Positions 61,844 through 64,000 of a stretch of DNA of 64,000 nucleotides are shown one piece after another. The stretch covers positions 434,001-498,000 of the forward strand of contig NC_091995.1 of assembly GCF_044704955.1 (NCBI RefSeq). Reading direction: 5' to 3'. Both the position numbers and the translations under genes were made by a program. The number at the start of each line of letters is the position of its first letter. The first letter of the stretch is position 1. Below the pieces are notes generated by a model. The model saw only the letters and a list, made by a program, of their open reading frames with translations, ran no database searches and was not told where the DNA came from. This stretch comes from Pristiophorus japonicus. Lineage: Eukaryota.

Positions 61844-61992
61844 TCACACGCTGAGGAGCCAGAAGAAGAAGAAGATGGCAACGAAGAGGAAGAGAGAGTC
61901 CCAGTTGTTGCTGGTGTTGTTGCCGCCGCCACGGTTTGCCCCAAACCACGACTCCCAGTCCATGCTCCCGTTGGCAGGGTGATTCCGCTCAT
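61844..61992 (-). CDS. RNF5: RNF5 (RING E3 ligase) last coding exon with C-terminal transmembrane anchor; upstream exons lie beyond the window
   Basis: tttttatttacag| acceptor; ...NNWDSLFLFVAIFFFFWLLSV* matches the recalled human RNF5 end (WQDSLFLFLAIFFFFWLLSI). Minus-strand AATAAA at 61759-61764, 61662-61667 and 59537-59542. Confidence 0.8.
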
Positions 61993-62199
61993 CTGTAAAT
62001 AAAAATCGGGAGGAGAGAGAAAAGGCCAAGATTAGTTAATGAGGGGGGGGGGGGGGGGGGGTCAAAGGTCACTCGCTGATAACCTTCTGCATTGGATCGG
62101 CCGCCATCTTATTGAATGGCGGAGCAGGCTCGAGGGGCCGAATGGCGAGCTCCCATTTCTTAATGTCCTTATCGCCACCTCCCTCAGTCCCTGGGACAG

Positions 62200-64000
62200 T
62201 AAGGAAGGATATACTTGTCATAGTTCAATGAAGGCTCACCAGACTGATTCCTGGGATGGGGGGATTGTCCTATGAGGAGGGATTGAGTAGACTAGGCCTA
62301 TATTCTCAAGAGTTTAAAAGAATGAGGTGTGAAACATTCAAAATTCTTACAGACCTTGACAGGGTAGATGCGGGGAGGATGTTTCCCAGGGCTGGGGAGT
62401 CTAGAACCAGGGGTCACAGTCTCAGGATAAGGGGTCAGCCATTTAGAACTGAGATGAGGAGAAATTTCTTCATTCAGAGGGTGGTGAATCTCTGGAATTC
62501 TCTGCCCCAGAGGGCTGTGGAGGCTCAATCGTTGTATATATTCAAGACAGCGATCGATAGATTTTTAAGTATTAACATAGAAAATAGGTGCAGGAGTCGG
62601 CCCTTCGAGCCTGCACCACCATTCAATAAGATCATGGCTGATCATTCAACCTCAGTACCCCATTTCTGCTTTCTCTCCATACCCCTTGATCCCTTTAGCC
62701 GTAAGGGCCATATCTAAATCCCTTTTGAATATATCTAACGAACTGGCCTCAACAACTTTCTGTGGTAGAGAATTCCACAGGTTCACAATTCTCTGAGTGA
62801 AGAAGTTTCTCCTCATCTTGGTCCTAAATGGCCTGGACCATGTACAGTAGACACCTCAAGTCGCTGGAGATATATCACCAATGATGTCTCCGCAAGATCC
62901 TGCAAATCCCCTGGGAGGACAGACGCGCCAACATCCCCAGTATTGAAGCACTGACCACATTCGATCAGCTTCGCTGGGCAGGCCACATAGTACGCATGCC
63001 ATATACGAGACTCCCAAAGCAAATGCTTTATGCGGAGCTCCTTCATGGTAAACGAGCCAAAGGTGGGCAGCGGAAACGTTATAAGGACACCCTCAAAGCC
63101 TCCCTGGTAAAGTGTGACATCACCACTGACACCTGGGAGCACCTGGCCGCAGACTTCCCGAGGTGGAGAAAGTCCATCCGGGAGGGCGCTGAGCTCTTCG
63201 AGTCTCAACGCAAAGAACGTGAAGAGGCCAAGCGCAGGCAGCGGAAGGAGCGCGCGGCAAACCAGCCCCACCCACCCCTTCCCTCGATAAATGTCTGTCC
63301 CACCTGTAACAGGGTCTGTGGCTCTCGTATTGGACTGTTCAGCCACCAGAGAACTCACTTTGGGAGTGGAAGCAAGTCCTCCTCGATTCCGAGGGACTGC
63401 CTATGATGATGAGACTGACCCCTGATTCTGGACTTCCCCAACATCGGGAACAAATCAAGGGATATGAGGATCGGGTGGGAAAGTGGAGTTGAGGTCAAAG
63501 ATCAGCTGTGATCTCGTTGAATGGCGGAGCAGGCTCGCGGGGCCGAATGGCCTGCTCCTAATTCTTGTGTAACAACCATCCATCACCTGGTGCCAGGACT
63601 TCACAGAATCAGAGATACGCAACAACACAGGAGGCCATTTGTCCCATCGTGCCAGTGCCAGCTCTTTGAAAGAGCTGTTGTAGTTCGTCCCACACCCTCG
63701 TTTTTTGTGTCTGTGACCCTCCAGCACATGTCCAACTCCCTTCGCAAATTATTTAATGAATCAGCTTCCACCAGATCCCGACAACGAAAAAATGTCTCCT
63801 CCTCACCCCTCCAGATCCTTTGCCAAGGATTCCGGGGATGAGGAGGTTGACTTATGAGGAAAGGTTGAGGAGGTTGGGCCTCTACTCATTGAAATTCAGA
63901 AGAATGAGAGGTGATCTTATCGAAACGTATAAGATTATGAGGGGACTTGACAAGGTGGATGCAGAGAGGATGTTTCCACTGATGGGGGAGACTAGAACTA
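62200..64000. mobile_element. CR1 (+ 62200-62575, - 62575-62832, + 63832-64000) and RTE (+ 62833-63410) fragments in an RNF5 intron
   Basis: Translations match the other CR1 and RTE copies in the window. Confidence 0.85.

Noticed and set aside
61666-61992. 108-aa ORF starting MSGITLP
   Set aside because: Wrong frame; the RNF5-like transmembrane tail is in the frame ending at 61844, and the ATG simply follows the splice acceptor.

Overview
Eukaryotic vertebrate genomic DNA. I infer a shark or other elasmobranch from its repeat content: CR1 and RTE LINEs, L2, a DeuSINE of the SacSINE1/AmnSINE type, and HE1/HER1-like elements. Four spliced protein-coding genes can be read from splice sites and translations. 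(1) The 5' part of an uncharacterised WD40-repeat gene (- strand; 3 coding exons in 4118-6711; continues off the left edge). (2) A complete NME5-like NDP-kinase/Dpy-30 gene (- strand; 5 coding exons in 15528-32873; 211 aa). (3) A complete ERCC6L/PICH SNF2 translocase gene (+ strand; 4 exons in 38949-58407; 1223 aa), head-to-head with NME5. (4) The last exon of RNF5 (- strand; 61844-61992), convergent with ERCC6L. Introns consist almost entirely of retroposon fragments and GC-rich minisatellites, and most long ORFs in the track are artefacts of these. The strongest unexplained pattern is that the large minisatellites are amplifications of one short internal segment of a retroposon, and the same segment is amplified in several separate copies. 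Other notable features are a CR1 tail-to-tail foldback present twice as a unit, arrays of NRF1-like motifs at two promoters, an array built from the ERCC6L exon1/intron1 junction, and a gene neighbourhood unlike human. There are two assembly gaps (7760-7887 and 23196-23395). No prokaryote-type system was found. Repeat boundaries are approximate and family names come from recall, not a database search.
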